Source of the DNA: an uncultured bacterium
Lineage (GTDB): Bacteria; Bipolaricaulota; Bipolaricaulia; UBA7950; UBA9294
Assembly: GCA_965602415.1 (NCBI GenBank)
Contig: CBFCYU010000001.1
Span: forward strand, 1 to 44,926
Reading direction: 5' to 3'
Length of the DNA: 44,926 nucleotides
Positions 42,857 to 44,926 of the stretch are shown here, one piece after another. A program made the position numbers and the translations under genes. Below the pieces are notes generated by a model. It worked only from the letters and a program-made list of their open reading frames with translations, was not told the origin of the DNA and did no database searches. The first letter of the stretch is position 1. Every line of letters begins with the position of its first letter.

Positions 42857-44374
42857 GTGAGGGAATCGATTCACATCATCGGTGGCGGGATCGCCGGGCT
42901 TTCCGCCGGCTGCTACGCCCGGATGAACGGCTATCGGACCCGAATCTTCGAGATGCATACGCTCCCCGGTGGACTGTGCACGGCGTGGCAGCGGAACGGC
43001 TACACGATCGACGGCTGCATCCACTGGCTTGTCGGCTCGTCCCCGAGGAACCGCTTCTACCGGTTGTGGGAAGAGGTCGGAGCGGTCCCGAACCGGCCAA
43101 TCTACGATCACGACGTCTTCGTCCGGATCGAGGGGGATTCCGGGCAGGTCCTGACGCTCTACACCGACATCGACCGGCTGGCCGCTCACTTGATCGAACT
43201 TGCCCCGGAGGACCGCGACGTCCTCCGCGAGTGGACCCGCGGGCTCCGGCGACTCGCTCGAATGGAACTCCCGGTCGAGCGACCGGCCGAGCTGATCGGC
43301 CCGATTGGGAGGCTCGGCATGGCAGCACGATTCTTGCCGCACATGGGAACCTTCCGTCGCTGGGCCGGCACGACTGTCCGCCAGTTTGTCGAAGACCTCG
43401 ACAATCCGTTCCTGCGGGAGGCTTTTCCCCTCGCGTTCGATCTTCCGGACTTCCCGATGATCGCGATGATGATGACGCTCGCCTGCATGCACAACCGGGC
43501 CGCAGGGTATCCGATCGGAGGCTCTCTCCCGTTTTCCCGATCGATCGAGCAGCGATATCTCGACCTGGGCGGCGAGATCGAGTACGGGGCGCGCGTCGAG
43601 GAGATCCTCGTCGAGGAGAACCGGGCGGTCGGCGTCCGCCTTACCAGCGGGACGGAGCATCGCTCCGACCTCGTCATCTCCGCCGCCGACGGACACGCGA
43701 CGATCTTCGACCTTCTCGGTGGTCGCTACTGCGACGAGACAATTCGAGGGTACTACGAGCATCTCCCGGTCTTCCCGTCTCTTCTGCTTGTCGGAATCGG
43801 AATCGGACAGACCCTCGACGGGTTCCCGGACGCGGTCGACGGGATCAGCTTCCCCCTTTGCGAGCCGATCACCGTCGACGGGCGGAAGCTGACGCGGCTG
43901 TCCGTGCAGGCAAACACGTTCGATCCGTCTCTCTCTCCGCCCGGCAAGACCGTGCTGAAGGTGCTCATCCCTTCGAGTTTTGAGCGGTGGCGGAAGCTCC
44001 ACGAAGAGCCCGACAAGTACAGAGTGGAGAAGGACGCGGTTGCAGCTGAGGTGATCCGCGGTCTCGAGCAGCGTTTTCCCGGGCTGGCGGACCATGTAGA
44101 GACGATCGACGTCGCCACACCGATGACGTGGCACCGCTACACGAGCAATTGGCAGGGAAGCTTCGAGGGCTGGCTTCCCACGCCGAAGACTCTCACGATG
44201 CGGATGAACAAAACGCTCCCCGGACTGTACGATTTCTTCATGGTCGGGCAGTGGGTCCAGCCGGGCGGCGGCCTTCCTCCGGCCGTGATGTCGGCCCGGC
44301 ACGCGATTCAAATCATCTGTAAGGAGGACAGCAAGCGATTCAAGACGAGTACTCCGCGGACGGCATCGAGTTGA
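42857..44374 (+). CDS. FAD/NAD(P)-dependent oxidoreductase, phytoene desaturase (CrtI/CrtD-like) family
   Basis: N-terminal dinucleotide fold IIGGGIAGLSAGCYARMNGYRTRIFE...PGG. Length and C-terminal GQWVQPGGGLP are typical of the family. Confidence 0.85.
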   Translation: MRESIHIIGGGIAGLSAGCYARMNGYRTRIFEMHTLPGGLCTAWQRNGYTIDGCIHWLVGSSPRNRFYRLWEEVGAVPNRPIYDHDVFVRIEGDSGQVLTLYTDIDRLAAHLIELAPEDRDVLREWTRGLRRLARMELPVERPAELIGPIGRLGMAARFLPHMGTFRRWAGTTVRQFVEDLDNPFLREAFPLAFDLPDFPMIAMMMTLACMHNRAAGYPIGGSLPFSRSIEQRYLDLGGEIEYGARVEEILVEENRAVGVRLTSGTEHRSDLVISAADGHATIFDLLGGRYCDETIRGYYEHLPVFPSLLLVGIGIGQTLDGFPDAVDGISFPLCEPITVDGRKLTRLSVQANTFDPSLSPPGKTVLKVLIPSSFERWRKLHEEPDKYRVEKDAVAAEVIRGLEQRFPGLADHVETIDVATPMTWHRYTSNWQGSFEGWLPTPKTLTMRMNKTLPGLYDFFMVGQWVQPGGGLPPAVMSARHAIQIICKEDSKRFKTSTPRTASS

Positions 44375-44424
44375 TCCGCGCCTTCAGAGCGAATGCCTAC
44401 GAGCGACCGGTGAAAGGAGAGCGA

Positions 44425-44679
44425 ATGCCCGACGAGAAGACCCGCAAGGAAGAACTGAGCATCAGCGGTGAGAAGCTCGTGTCAACGGTGAAGGAGATCA
44501 TCCATCAGGGAAACGTCCGGCGGGTCAGCGTCCGCAATAAGGAGGGAGAGACGTTGGTTGAGATCCCGCTTACGTTCGGCGCAGTCGGCGTGCTTCTTCT
44601 CCCGACAATTGCGGCCCTCGGGACGATCGCCGCGTTGGTCACGCAGTGCACGATCGTCGTCGAGCGAATCGAGGAGTAG
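44425..44679 (+). CDS. DUF4342-like small protein
   Basis: ATG at 44425 after AAAGGAGAG. The pattern GNVRRVSVRNKEGETLVEIPLTFGAVGVLLLPTIAALGTIAALVTQCTIVVER matches what I recall of DUF4342. Confidence 0.65.
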   Translation: MPDEKTRKEELSISGEKLVSTVKEIIHQGNVRRVSVRNKEGETLVEIPLTFGAVGVLLLPTIAALGTIAALVTQCTIVVERIEE

Positions 44680-44820
44680 CCTGGACCACAGCCGATCCGG
44701 AGCCTTCATTGAACGGACAAGCCCCGTTCATCGGCTCTTCACATCAGCGCCGTACCTTACAGACATACGAGAGCAACAAGAAGCGCCGTACCTCCAAAGA
44801 GTAAGGGCGACTTCCCACAT

Positions 44821-44853
44821 ACGAGGGGTCACACCTGGCCCCTCGTTCCTTTT
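44821..44853 (+). terminator. Intrinsic terminator about 140 nt downstream of the DUF4342 gene
   Basis: Stem ACGAGGGG/CCCCTCGT (44821-44828 / 44839-44846), then TCCTTTT. Confidence 0.55.
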
Positions 44854-44926
44854 CAGTTCGCCCTGATCCGACTTGCCCCCATCCGAACCGGATGCTAGGT
44901 TGATTCGCACCCGCGGTCGCATGGAG

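Noticed and set aside
41986-43983. 665-aa plus-strand ORF, and the 494-aa minus-strand ORF 42827-44311
   Set aside because: Both overlap prfB and/or the CrtI-like oxidoreductase in other frames. Their composition is Arg/Pro-rich and low-complexity, with no RBS or recognisable domain.

Overview
GC-rich, very gene-dense bacterial chromosomal segment with about 45 protein genes and one tRNA. Many neighbouring genes have 1-, 4- or 8-11-nt start/stop overlaps. Content is mostly housekeeping, envelope and transport. In order: dnaK (5'-truncated by the window edge)-dnaJ; secG-oppD-oppF-rdgB; pyrG, an LptC/OstA-like gene and lptB; divergent lgt/lnt; a PKD + TolB-like lipoprotein divergent from a cassette of ECF sigma, anti-sigma-like (CBM48-type domain), secreted protein and a DUF4384-PEGA-5xPKD surface protein; an unknown 447-aa protein translationally coupled to an orphan mraY; tRNA-Leu(CAG); a Crp/Fnr regulator, PAS histidine kinase and CheY-like receiver; a BMP-family (nucleoside-type) ABC transporter; a PhnD/C/E/E-type ABC transporter whose two permeases both carry N-terminal RDD-like domains; a small unknown gene, GNAT, pdp, cdd, an OMP-like unknown and an acyl-CoA synthetase; unknown-yigZ-ruvA-ruvX; a small RHH gene; prfB with the classical +1 frameshift, whose first 20 codons the ORF track misses; a CrtI-like oxidoreductase; and a DUF4342 protein. 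I saw no transposase, integrase, CRISPR array, rRNA, prophage or recognisable defence island. No clearly novel multi-gene system is evident. The candidates most worth follow-up are: (1) the 447-aa unknown + orphan mraY bicistron; (2) a perfect 3 x 33-bp tandem repeat, each unit with a 10-bp palindrome, in the prfB/oxidoreductase divergent region; (3) a 460-nt gene-free convergent gap full of helices and ending in a terminator (candidate ncRNA); (4) the ECF sigma-linked PKD/PEGA/DUF4384 surface cassette; (5) the RDD-PhnE fusions. All functional calls come from motif recognition by eye, with no database search, and start codons are best guesses.
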